Below are positions 36,361-47,600 of a DNA stretch of 64,000 nucleotides, in pieces. Origin of the DNA: Blepharisma stoltei ATCC 30299 (Eukaryota > Protista > Ciliophora); contig CBFDEM010000040.1 of assembly GCA_965603825.1 (NCBI GenBank), positions 558,001 to 622,000 of the forward strand, read 5' to 3'. The position numbers were made by a program, and so were the translations under genes. The notes beneath the pieces were generated by a model, which did no database searches, was not told the origin of the DNA, and saw only the letters and a list, made by a program, of their open reading frames with translations. Within the stretch, counting starts at the first letter, position 1, and the number at the start of each line of letters is the position of its first letter.

Positions 36361-37992
36361 ATGAACGTCGAGCCGTTAAATTCCTGAGGAGACTCATTCT
36401 GAAAGCGCCACTTGAAATATCTCTGATGATTAAAATATGTTGTATTCTATAGTTTGGATCTAATAGAAGACAAATTTAAAATCCCAGAATTATCAATTAT
36501 TTTAGGTGCAACTTACATATTGGAGGTCAATATCAAAATTTTAGGATTATATAGTTTTGGCGACTATTGCTATGATTTTAAAGATGTAGTAGCTATTTAG
36601 AGTATTGACAGCACTATTCCGACCAAGTTTAATGCAAATAGTTCTTTTTCTATATTTTCGCATGGGTTTTATTTTTTATTGTTTGCTGGTAATATTAAAT
36701 CTTGCCCAATGTCCTTATCTATTATTTGTGCGTTATATAATATGTATGATGCTTCAGTTAAAGTTATTGACGCATCATTTTGTGATTTTTCTGGAGTAGA
36801 TGAAGTTCACTTTATTTTTACAATTATTCCTGCTTATTCAAGAGCAGTTTTAAGTGTATGGTCAGCTTTTTTATGGTTCATTTTAATTTTTTTTCCGAAG
36901 CGCTATCATAAAAACGCTCAACTTTACGAAATTATTGGAATGATAGTAAAGTGGCTACTTCTAAAACTCTTATGATGCAAAAAGAGAAAGAAGACTAGGA
37001 AAATAATAGAAAAAAAGTTCAAATATCCTTTCAGAATGGTTATATCTTCTTGATTATCCTATGGTTTTGCATTCGCGACAGCTGTTGAAGTAATAATTAT
37101 ATAGTTTTTGATATTTTCCTATCAGCTTGTTTATTTAGTTGGCTGATTAAAATCTGATGAAAGTGGGTTTTATTTTCAAAAAAATGATTATACTTTAGTT
37201 GCTTATAGAAATAATAAATTGCAGAGCACATCTGACGATATTAGCAAAGAAGAAAAAGATAAGATAATTTTGTTCCTGGAATTCTTATACCCTTGTATCA
37301 TAATATCATTTAGTATTGGCCATTCTTTTGTTATTTACTCTATTTTACTAATGCTTTATAAATATAAGCGATTTATGCTAATCATAATTGAAAACAACGA
37401 TCGTGATTTTTTGAGGCAAATATGGAAGTTTTCAAGTCATTCAGCTATGTTTTTTATTCGTAATTATAAATCAGCTCAATTTGTTGTAAATACTTTATTT
37501 TTACAATTTTTCTACTCATTTTTTGTTTTTTTTATGCTCTTCTTAGCTTTGCTCTTTGTTATGTTTATTGATCTTAGAGGATATCTAGCCAGCCAATCTG
37601 TATGATTTTGGATTGGATTTACTCCATTAATTCTAGGGTAGATACTAAGTAGAATATTTTATTTTCCAAGATTAGTGGAAAAGAACAAAAAAGTCAAAAA
37701 TAAATTATATTTGAGCTTTTGAGATGGGTGAAATTTCTTTATAGGGTTTTTAGGGGCTTTTGTTAAAGGTTTAACTCGTTATATCTTAGGATCTTTATTT
37801 GCTTTTTTTATGGGATTCAAAGCTCATAGAAGCGTAATCCCGTATCCTTTTGATAGCTATGATGCACTATATGTCAGCTTTTACGGATGCATAGTGCTTC
37901 ATTGCACTTCGCTTGGAATTTTACCAAGCGAAGAAGAAATGTATGAAATTGATCAAATTCAAGATAATCCTAGGCCATTTTTCAATAGATAA
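36361..37992 (+). CDS. STRA6-like protein, copy 4 (523 aa); introns 36586-36600, 37090-37104, 37460-37474, 37638-37652
   Basis: MNVEPLNS(W)GDSF(W)KRH start. In-frame TAGs fall inside 15-nt introns at positions homologous to the other copies. Confidence 0.8.
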
Positions 37993-38249
37993 TGTATCTT
38001 AAATTAAAATCAAATCAAAATTATTAATAATTTAAAATTTTTCGATTAATTTATTTTAAAATATTAATGTTACGTCAAATTATTTAAATTTCTAATTTTG
38101 GTAGGAGTTAAAAGAAATAATAAATGTCAGATAAAAAATTTAGCTAAAATTATTTTATAATTATGCGAACAAAATATCATTATTTAATATTATCGAAATA
38201 TCTGTAAATTGGATTTGTACCTGCAAATAGGTTTATAGATTTTATAATA

Positions 38250-39884
38250 ATGGAAGTTCAACCATTAAACTCCTGAGGAGACTCGTTCTGGAAGCGCCAC
38301 TTGAAATGCCTCTGGTGATTAAAATATATTGTATTTTATAGTTTTGATCTTATAGAGGATAAGCTTAAAATTCCAGAATTGTCAATTATTTTAGGTGTAA
38401 CTTACATATTAGATGTCAATACCCAAATTTTAGGATTATACAGTTTTGGCGACTATTGTTATGGCTACAATGATGTAATTGCTATTTAGAATGTTGACAG
38501 TACCATTCCGGCACTTTTTAATGCAAACAGTTCCTTTTCAATATTTTCGCACTATTTTTATTTTTTACTATTTGTTGGAAATATTAAATCTTGCCCAACC
38601 TCATTGACTATAATTTGTGCATTATATAATATATATGATGCAGTAGTTAAAGTTATGGACGCATCATTTTGTCCTGTTTCTGCCCAAGATGGCGTCAATT
38701 ATATTTTTACAATTATTCCTGCCTATTCCAGAGCAGCTTTAAGTGTGTGGTCATCTTTTCTATGGCTTGTTTTGTTGATTTTTCCAAAACGCTATTATAA
38801 AATAACCCAGCTTTATGGAATTATTGGGAATATAGTAAAATGGTCACTTATAAAACTCTTATGATGCAAAAAGAGGAAAAAAACTAGGAAAATATTAGAA
38901 AAAAAGTTTAAATATCCGTTGAGAATGACTACAGCAGCGTGAATATCATATACTTTTGCCCTCGCAACGACTTTAGAAGTAATATCTACATAGGTTTTGA
39001 TATATAGCTATCAGTTGATTTATCTAATTGACTGGATGAAGTCTGATGACAGTGGTTTTTATTTTCAAAACACTGAGCGTACTATAATTGCCTTTGGAAA
39101 TCATAATTTGCTAAGCTCTTCTGACGATGACGATAGCAAAGATGCAAAAGATAAAATAATTTTGTTTCTGGAATTCTTATACCCTTCTATCGTCATAGCA
39201 TTTTTTATCGGCCATGCATTCGTTATTTACTCAATTTTATTAATGCTCTACAAATATAAGCGATTTATGATGATTATCATTGAAGACAATGATCGTGCAT
39301 TTTTAAGGCAGATATGAAAATTCTCGAGTCATTCAGCTATGTTTTTTATTCGTAATTGTAAATCAGCTCAATTTGTTGTAAATACTTTATTTTTGCAAGT
39401 TATCTACTCCTTTTTTGTATTTTTTATATTCTTCTTAATTGTACTTTTTGCTGTGCTTATTGATCTCAGAAGCTATCTTGCTAGCCAGTCTCCATGATTT
39501 TGGATTGGATTCATCCCATTGATATTAGGGTAATTACCAAACAGCATATTTTATTTCCCAAGATTAGTAGAAAAGAATAATAAAATCAAAAATAAGCTAT
39601 ATTTGAGCTTTTGGGATGGTTGAAATTTCTTTATAGGGTTTGTAGGGGCTTTTGTTAAAGGTCTTACTCGTTATATCTTAGGATCTCTTTTTGCATTTTT
39701 TGTTGGTTTCAAAGCTCATAGAAGTGTGATGCCATATCCTTTTGACAGCTATGATGCACTCTACAACAGCTTTTACGGTTGCATAGTTCTTCATTGTGTT
39801 TCTCTCGGAATTTTACCTAGCGAAGAAGAGCTTCATGGTATTGATGAAAGTCTAGATAGTTCTAGGCCATTTTTTAATAGATAA
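38250..39884 (+). CDS. STRA6-like protein, copy 5 (524 aa); introns 38475-38489, 38979-38993, 39352-39366, 39530-39544
   Basis: Sister of copy 4; TGG/TGA swaps between the two copies. Confidence 0.8.
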
Positions 39885-39996
39885 TACTTAAACTAAATCA
39901 TAAATTATTCTATTATTTAAAAGATTGATTTATTTTGTCTAAAAGAAATTAGCATTTATTATAAATTATTCTGGATTTATTGCTCGTGTTGAGAAA

Positions 39997-41647
39997 ATGG
40001 AAAATGTAAAACAAAGAGATTTGCTAAATTCCTGAGGAGAAGGATTTTGGAAGCGACATCTAAAAGCTTTTGCCTTTATTAGGCTGCTGATGTTTTATGT
40101 CCTTGATATGCTTGAGGACAAGTTCATAATTCCAGAGCTTTCCATGACTATTGGAGCGCTCTATATTTTAGATCTAAACACCAAAATTCTTGGCACTTAT
40201 GAGCTTCAAGCAATTTGCTATCATTTAAATGAAGTAATCACTATAAAGGATAAAAAGAAAAACATTCCTTGGGTTTTTAATGTTGACAGCTCATTCTCTA
40301 AATACTCTCATTGGTTTTATTTCTTTATATTTGTCGGCAATATTCGCTCATCTCCATATATAATATCCTTGCTTTGTGCATTATACAGCACTTATGACAC
40401 CATTCTTAAATTAATTGATGCATCACTCTGCCCTGCATATAGCCACGAAACTGCAGCTTGGATTACAAATATAATTGTAGGCTATATAAGGGCCATTTTA
40501 AGTATTTGGGCATTTTTCTTGTGAATTGCTGTTTTATTTTTCCCCAAGAAATACAGAAAATCAATACAAATTTACGAAATCTTCGGGAAAATCGCAAAGT
40601 TAATTTTATTGAAAGTCTTATGCTGTAAACGAAGGCAAAAAACCAAGGCAGTATTGAGAATTCCATTTACTTATCCATTTAGAATTATCATATCTGCTTG
40701 AATTTCATATGCATTTGCTTTTGCTGTCATGATATTGGTATATATTATTTAGTATTCGATTGCATTTTACTCATTTTATTATTTAGCTGACTCTTTAGCA
40801 TCTTACAAAGATTATTTAGAAACCCAGGATGGAGATTCGCCTTTCATTATATTTTACTTACAGAGCACTAGTGTGTTCACTGTAAGTGAAGGTATAGCTT
40901 TATTAACAAAAGCAATAACACTTGTGAGGTCTCTTTTTCCCTGTGCTCTTGCAGGAATAATTATTGGTCATTTATTTGTGATTTATTCGATTGGTGTGAT
41001 GCTCTACAGATATAAGCAATATATGCTGATAATCATACATGAAAGTGATAACCGAGAGCTTTTAAAGCGAATTTGACGATTTTCTAGTCACTTAGCAATT
41101 TTCTTTCCAGGTAAAAAGCTATATAGCGCAGTTTGTTATTAATTGTGTATTCCTTCAATTCACATTTTCGTTTTTGGTGTTTAGCATCCTCTTTGGGATT
41201 GCTCTTTACATAAACCTATCAGGCCCAGGCTCATACTTTGCTGGACGAACCATATGATTTTGGCTTAGCTTTTCGCCATTAATATTAGGGTAACTCCTAA
41301 ATAGGACTTTTTATTTCCCTAAGCTAGTTGAAAAAGACAGAAAAGTCAAAAATAAACTTTATTTTTGCTTTTGGGACGGATGATATTTTCTTATAGGCTT
41401 TATAGGCGCTTTTATCAAAGGCATAACAAGGTATATTTTAGGCACAAGTGTTGCTTTATTCTTTGGATTCAGAGCTCATGTAAGCATAATGCCTTCACCA
41501 TTTGATAGATTAGATTCTCTTTATAGGAGCTTTTATGGGTGCATGACACTGCATTGTATTTCTCTTGGAATCATGCTGACACAAAGGGAAATTGAAGAAA
41601 TGTCGATTATTCATAAAGACAAAGGTCCTCCAAAAGTTGTATTTTAA
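39997..41647 (+). CDS. STRA6-like protein, copy 6 (529 aa); introns 40234-40248, 40738-40752, 41111-41126 (16 nt), 41290-41304
   Basis: Same architecture; the frame closes only with the 16-nt intron 3. Confidence 0.8.
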
Positions 41648-41763
41648 TTGGCCGATAATAAACAAATATTGTTTAAGTCTATTATAAACAATTATTCAGA
41701 TTTACTGATTTTTATAAGAATTTTATATTAAAGTAATTTTTTCGAATTCAATAGTTAATTAGC

Positions 41764-44301
41764 TTAAGGGTTTTGAACGAAGCCATTTGCTGTTGAGAAA
41801 AGATTAATAGGGTTCTTTGAGTTCATCAGCATAAATCCTTTAAGTCCAAGTCCCTTAAGAAGCTTCGCTTGAAGTTCAGGCCCAGCTTTAGCCATCGCCA
41901 CAATAGTTTCCTTTCCAATTGCATCCACAATTTCTTGGAATTTCTGAGTTTCAATTGCTGCTAATTCTTTTGCCTTATTAATTTCCAATTCATCTAGCGC
42001 ATTTTGATGGGCGACATCAGCAGCTTGTTTTTCTTTCAGAAGTGACAGCTCAGTCTCATTTTCAATTTTCTTTGCTTCTTCAATCAAAGTTGTCATCTCC
42101 ACATTGCTTTCATTTTGGATTTTTCTTGCCTTGGCTTCTGCAAGTGCTTCACCAGTGGATTTCCCGATTAATTGGACTTCGCTGTTTTTCACCTTCAGCT
42201 CTATAAGTTTGGTTTGTTCCATTTCAGCTTCAATTTCGTCTTGAACCTTCTGAAGATCTAAGCGGCCTTTCGAGTGCTGCTCAGCCTTGGCTGCTTCATG
42301 CTGAGCTCTTGCTTTGCTTGACTCAGTTGTAATTTCTATAGCTTGATTGACTGATTTCTTAAGACTTGCTTTAGTTTTATCATCAGTAGGTTCAACACTT
42401 TGAATATCGACATTGGTCACGACCAAATTATTTGCTGAAAATCTTATTTCAGATTTGACAGCGTCTCCTTTTCTTCCAAAAACGCTAGATTTGATAATAT
42501 CAGCTGATCTTTGATGAAAATCTTCAAAAGTATAAGAAGAAACTGCCCCTCTGACTCTGCTAGCAATTGTTTTGCAAGCGTCACCTACAAAGTCGCGGAC
42601 CATGAAAATCTTATTGCATTCTTCTGCGTTGTTTTTATCGACGTCGAAAAACCAGTTATAAGAAAGCGTCATAGCAAGACTGGCGTGATCGCTGGTTTCT
42701 ACGATGACAATGTCAGTCATAAAGTCAGGGCCAAGCATAAGTGCAATATTTTTAATAAGCCCTTCTTTCTTAGGAACTCCTCCTGACAGGTTTAGAACGG
42801 TAAACTGCTCGTCAGGCTGAAGCATAATTCTATCAGGCCCAAAAACGACTCTGCTTGTCTTTTTCTTGAAATCGTATACCTGCACAGCTGAATTACTTGG
42901 GACTCTAAATGCGACTACTCTGGTTTTATCTCTCTTATAAGGCTTTCCAGTCGACACGTAGACTTGCTTGTCTCCTTCTTTTTTCGCGATTTGGAAGGTT
43001 TCTCCTGTGATTTGTCTGGCAACTAGATCTTCGACTTCAGGTGAGAGCTCCATATCCCACAAGGCTTCATGCGGTTTAAGCATGTAGCTTTCTCCACTTA
43101 CTGCTTTGACTTCTCCAGTTCTGTTATCTCTGACATAAATACCTTCATTTTTGTCGAGGGGAATAGCTTTTCTTCTTTCTAGGACTTCTACTTCAATTGG
43201 AGGAATATAGTCTCTTGGGCCATAAATCATCCACCTTTCGCCTGCCAAATGGTCGTCGCCTTCTGAGTCTTTGAAGTTTTCTCTAGCTTTGAGAAGCAGA
43301 GCTTCGTCGTCTGCAAGGACGTAGACGTCTTGGATCCCTTTTTCTAAACTTTCAAAAGGCTTGAGGAAGAAGGTGCATTCTCCTTTTCTTAAAACTTTTT
43401 TACCGAACTGGTTTTTCCCGTTTTCGACAGGGTCGAGGATGTAACAGTATTGTCTGTTATTGAGGACAATAGAGTTGACGGTTCCTACAACGACTTCGTT
43501 GACGTCAGGGATGTGAGTGTCGGTTTCTTTTTGAGTCACCAACCATTCTTCTCCGGCCAATCTTTTGACTCCATACACATCAGTGAAGTTTCTTATAGCC
43601 CTTAGCTGAAGTCCTTTCTTTTCAGTCAATACAATTGCTTTGACTTCTTCAACGACGTCTTCATTGACACCTGGCAGATAATCTCCAGTTTCTCTGATAA
43701 GCCATTCTTCACCTGCTTCTCTGGTGTTCCCGTACTTATCAACTGTAGATCTTTTAGCTCTAATTTTGAGTGCTGCGTTTGGCTTGATAGTCAAAGACTT
43801 GACTTGCTCAACAATGTCACATTCAATCTTAGGAACATAGGTTCCAGGCCCATAATGAAGCCATTCATCACCTGCAGAACGTCTTTCTCCAGTGCTGTCG
43901 ATGAAATCTCTTGTAGCCCTTAATTTATAAGCGCAGTTTGGCTGAATTACAGGGATTTTTTGGATGTCTTGTTCTATTTCTTCCCATGGATAAAGTGGAA
44001 AAGGCTCAGGGTGGGTTTCTGATGTGCGGACTTCACGGTCTCCATGCTTAACTCTTGCCATTCCATTGTCGTCAAAAGAAACTCTTCTATGCTCGTCCTT
44101 GATAACTGGGTTTCTGATTATACAGTAGTTTCTGGGAGGAATTTGGATCATTTTCATAATCTTTCCACCAAGGCCAATTCGTTCGTGATCTTTCAAGACG
44201 TAAGTGAGAGGACCTTCTGTTACTCTTGTAATGTTGGTATTACAGTCGAGGATGTGAACGTATTGGAACGGTGGGATTCTAATCAAGCTTTGCTCTTCCA
44301 T
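41764..44301 (-). CDS. MVP: Major vault protein
   Basis: IRIPPFQYVHILD start, vault repeats (AGEEWL), VVFGP, LGPDFMTD..ETSDHA, DFVGDACK shoulder domain, AGPELQAKLL..LGL cap helix. Confidence 0.97.
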   Translation of the reverse strand: MEEQSLIRIPPFQYVHILDCNTNITRVTEGPLTYVLKDHERIGLGGKIMKMIQIPPRNYCIIRNPVIKDEHRRVSFDDNGMARVKHGDREVRTSETHPEPFPLYPWEEIEQDIQKIPVIQPNCAYKLRATRDFIDSTGERRSAGDEWLHYGPGTYVPKIECDIVEQVKSLTIKPNAALKIRAKRSTVDKYGNTREAGEEWLIRETGDYLPGVNEDVVEEVKAIVLTEKKGLQLRAIRNFTDVYGVKRLAGEEWLVTQKETDTHIPDVNEVVVGTVNSIVLNNRQYCYILDPVENGKNQFGKKVLRKGECTFFLKPFESLEKGIQDVYVLADDEALLLKARENFKDSEGDDHLAGERWMIYGPRDYIPPIEVEVLERRKAIPLDKNEGIYVRDNRTGEVKAVSGESYMLKPHEALWDMELSPEVEDLVARQITGETFQIAKKEGDKQVYVSTGKPYKRDKTRVVAFRVPSNSAVQVYDFKKKTSRVVFGPDRIMLQPDEQFTVLNLSGGVPKKEGLIKNIALMLGPDFMTDIVIVETSDHASLAMTLSYNWFFDVDKNNAEECNKIFMVRDFVGDACKTIASRVRGAVSSYTFEDFHQRSADIIKSSVFGRKGDAVKSEIRFSANNLVVTNVDIQSVEPTDDKTKASLKKSVNQAIEITTESSKARAQHEAAKAEQHSKGRLDLQKVQDEIEAEMEQTKLIELKVKNSEVQLIGKSTGEALAEAKARKIQNESNVEMTTLIEEAKKIENETELSLLKEKQAADVAHQNALDELEINKAKELAAIETQKFQEIVDAIGKETIVAMAKAGPELQAKLLKGLGLKGFMLMNSKNPINLFSTANGFVQNP

Positions 44302-44671
44302 TAAATTTTATTGGACATTGATGGGATTCGATAGACTGTAATGGTGTAACTGCAGTATGCATTAGAAAATTTTAGATTTTATTAGACGGGATATTTCTTG
44401 GAATTTTTCAACCCCAAAGGGTTTTAGGTTAGGAATATTAAAGTATCAGAAAATACATACTTCTTGGTGTTTTAAAAAATTAGTGTTGAATATATTTAAT
44501 ATATGAGTTAAATAGTGCTCAATATTAAAATTAGCTGAATAAATATTTAATATTTAATAATTGGAATATTATTCTGCCTTTAGTTGAAAGAAATTCAATG
44601 CAAACTTTTATATATAATTTTTTATTCTATAAGGAATTAAATAACCATTAAGAAATTTATGCTTAAAAATT

Positions 44672-47600
44672 TTAGAACTGTTCTATTAGCCATGTCAGAA
44701 ACTGGTCATTATTTTCCCCTCCAAAAATTCCTGTGCTCGTATTTTGTTTCCACTCCTTCAAAATATAGCTTGCTTCTGACTTGATATCCGATATGGATCC
44801 CAGATCAGATTTAGAAATTAAGTAAAAAGCCATCTCAAACACCCCCTGGGCGATTTCACATAACTTTTGTGTATCAATTTGATATGTGTGGTTTAAAGAC
44901 CCATACAAAAGTGAATTCTCAGCACTTTGGTATTCCTCATTTGATATTTTTTCAAGATTTTTGTAATATTTTTGATCTTGGTTAAGTTTATTATAAATCA
45001 GCATGGAAAACTTGCCAACATCAAGCAGCAACAATGGATCTAAGAAAGGTGAAGACCTTGATATTTGAATAATCCCAATTAAAGAGGACATGATATTTGT
45101 AAGGCAACTTAACAAAACAGCCTCTACTCTATAAGCAAAAACAGAAGGCTGTATTTTTGTAGGCGCTTTTATTGCTTCTTCTCTATACCTATTCGGAAAG
45201 CCTTCTAAAATCGACCTTCTTGGGGTTTCCTGCATCCAAGCGTAATTTCTTTGTTTTCTTTCCTCAATGGTCTGATCAGGGACTGTTTTATTTGACATTT
45301 TGACTTCATGCTCAGAAACCGGTGGAAAAGTATGAGGAATATCTATACTTGTTGAATAAATTCTTAATGCCTGCTGAGCTATCAATATTACCCATGACTC
45401 AATCATTTCTTTATGGCTTGCTTTCCAGTATTTATAGTTATCAATAAACTTCTTTATAAGAGAAGTCATCAAATCAAGCTCTTCTAAATATCCTAACGAG
45501 AATTGTTTGTGGGCGACAATTTGTCTTCCATATTTTCCTTCAGTTGAAAGATTAAAACTTAAGATTTTTTGGAATCGATCAGAAAACCCTGATATGAAAT
45601 TATAAAGCTGAGACAGAAATGCAGGGTCATCAGAAAGAATATCGTGCATTTCATTTAGCAGCATCAGCACCCAGCACCATAAAATATGCTGAGGATCTCT
45701 AAACCTGTTTTGGTACTCTGTTTTTACTTTAAGCTGAGATGCTGATGCAAGATTGCTGAAAATCCTTTCAGATAAGAGGAAACGTGCGCCTTGGACTGTT
45801 CTAGCAAAAGCAAAAGAGAATTTAATGACTGATAAAAATTCTTGATCAGTGCATTTAGGTGAGCTTATTTTTTCTAGCATAATTCTGATACAAGGAAGGG
45901 ATTTGTAAATATTTATGACTTCTTGTGTTTGTAAGAAAAATAAGGACTCTTCAAAAATAGTTACAAGTAATGCGAAGAACTGAGAATCTGAGTTCAAAAA
46001 TCTTGCAAGTCTAGGGATTATTGCCAAAGTAAACTGTTCAGCTCTTGATTCTAGCCCTTCAGTTCTTGCTTTTATAAAATACCCAAACACAACGAGCACC
46101 AGGCTGAAAGCTCCAACACTCGGAACTTGCAATCTTTCAAAGTACTGGGCAAATTCTGTCATAATTTTGTTAGAAATGCGGTGAAACTCTTCTCGTGCAG
46201 TCACTTCATATTCCATTGCTTTTTGACTTGAAGTAGACGACTGTGAGTATTCTTGTCTAGACTGATAAATATGAATTGCCAAGTTAAACGCGTACATTAT
46301 GATTTCGTATTTTTCTTCAATGCATTTCAGGACAAATTCATTTCTTGAGTTCGCTTCTTTTGTGATTTCAGCCCACAATGGATCAGAAACTTTAGCCAAA
46401 ATCTCAAAAGCCCGTGTGTGGCTTTCTATTACAGATTTTGCTGGAGCAATTACTAGAGTTTTGTTTTCTAAAGAAATTGTTTGGTCTAATAGTGCTAAAG
46501 GTTTATTTGAATTTCCATAGCCTACTAGAAATGCAAAAAGCTGCTTAAATTTTATTAGTGCAGAAAATTGAGAATCTAATAGTGATTTTTCAGCGTTGAT
46601 TTTTCTCCCCACTTCTTCAATTTTTTGTATTAATTCATAGTTAACGCCTAGTGTCTTTAAAATTAATGAAAGCTTGTCTAGGTCAATATAATAGTGAATT
46701 TCTCCATATTGGTTTGGATTGCAGTCAAATAATCTCCAATAAGCCTTATTGTGCAGCTGCAAAATTGCATAATCAGTTATATTAGCTGAAATTCCTGAAT
46801 TCTGCAGCCATTCTTCTACTTCAAGCATTTTAGAAGAAGTTGATGGGTTTGCAATGCATTTAGATAATAGCCTTAATAAGTGGCCTAGGATTTCTTCTTT
46901 AAACATTTCTTTAATTGCATGCTCTTTATCAGCGCTGTTTTTATTTGAATTGTGCAGAAGAATCGACATGACTGATGAAAAACAGTGCAAGACCAGACAG
47001 CCTTCAAATTTCTGGGGATCTTTAATGTTTTGGAACACGTTGGTAATGGCATCAAAGCATATTGACAATAGCCCTTGTTCTTGGAATATAGAATTGTATA
47101 TGCCTGGGAAAAGAGAATGATTATTAATAATTTCTTCATAAAATGTAATGTAATGGAAAAGCAGCTCCATTGTGGTTTCATTCACATTTTCTCTAGAGAA
47201 TTCTGCAAATGAAACTAATACACTTCTTAGCTCAACTGAAATATCGTTTCTTGAACAAGCTGAAGTGACAAATGACTTTTGGAGAGGGAAACAAATAATT
47301 ATAAACTCAAGAAAAGCTTTCCCTGCTTGAGCTTTCTGACGATTTGATAAATCGCTGCTTTGGTCCATGCTAAAGCTGCTCCAAAAATATTTTATGAAAT
47401 CTGCCTTTATTTGTTGATAACTACCAGTCAAAAAGTGCTCTAAGGTTGGTTTTTGAGATAGCAAAGACCAATATATAACTACCTTGGAAAGAACACTCAA
47501 AGAAGGTACTGATAAAGGCTCTTCATCATCCAAGAAATTTCTGGAAAATTGAAAATTCACATAGCTCAACAAAGCAGTCACCAGTGGCAAAGTTTCTTCG

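Noticed and set aside
30716-41647. Array read as pseudogenes because of many stops and frameshifts
   Set aside because: The interruptions traced are TGA-Trp or lie in 15/16-nt introns at conserved positions, and all six spliced lengths are multiples of 3.
44302-44430. Possible vault RNA or other ncRNA upstream of MVP
   Set aside because: No convincing Pol III boxes, terminator or terminal stem; probably promoter sequence.
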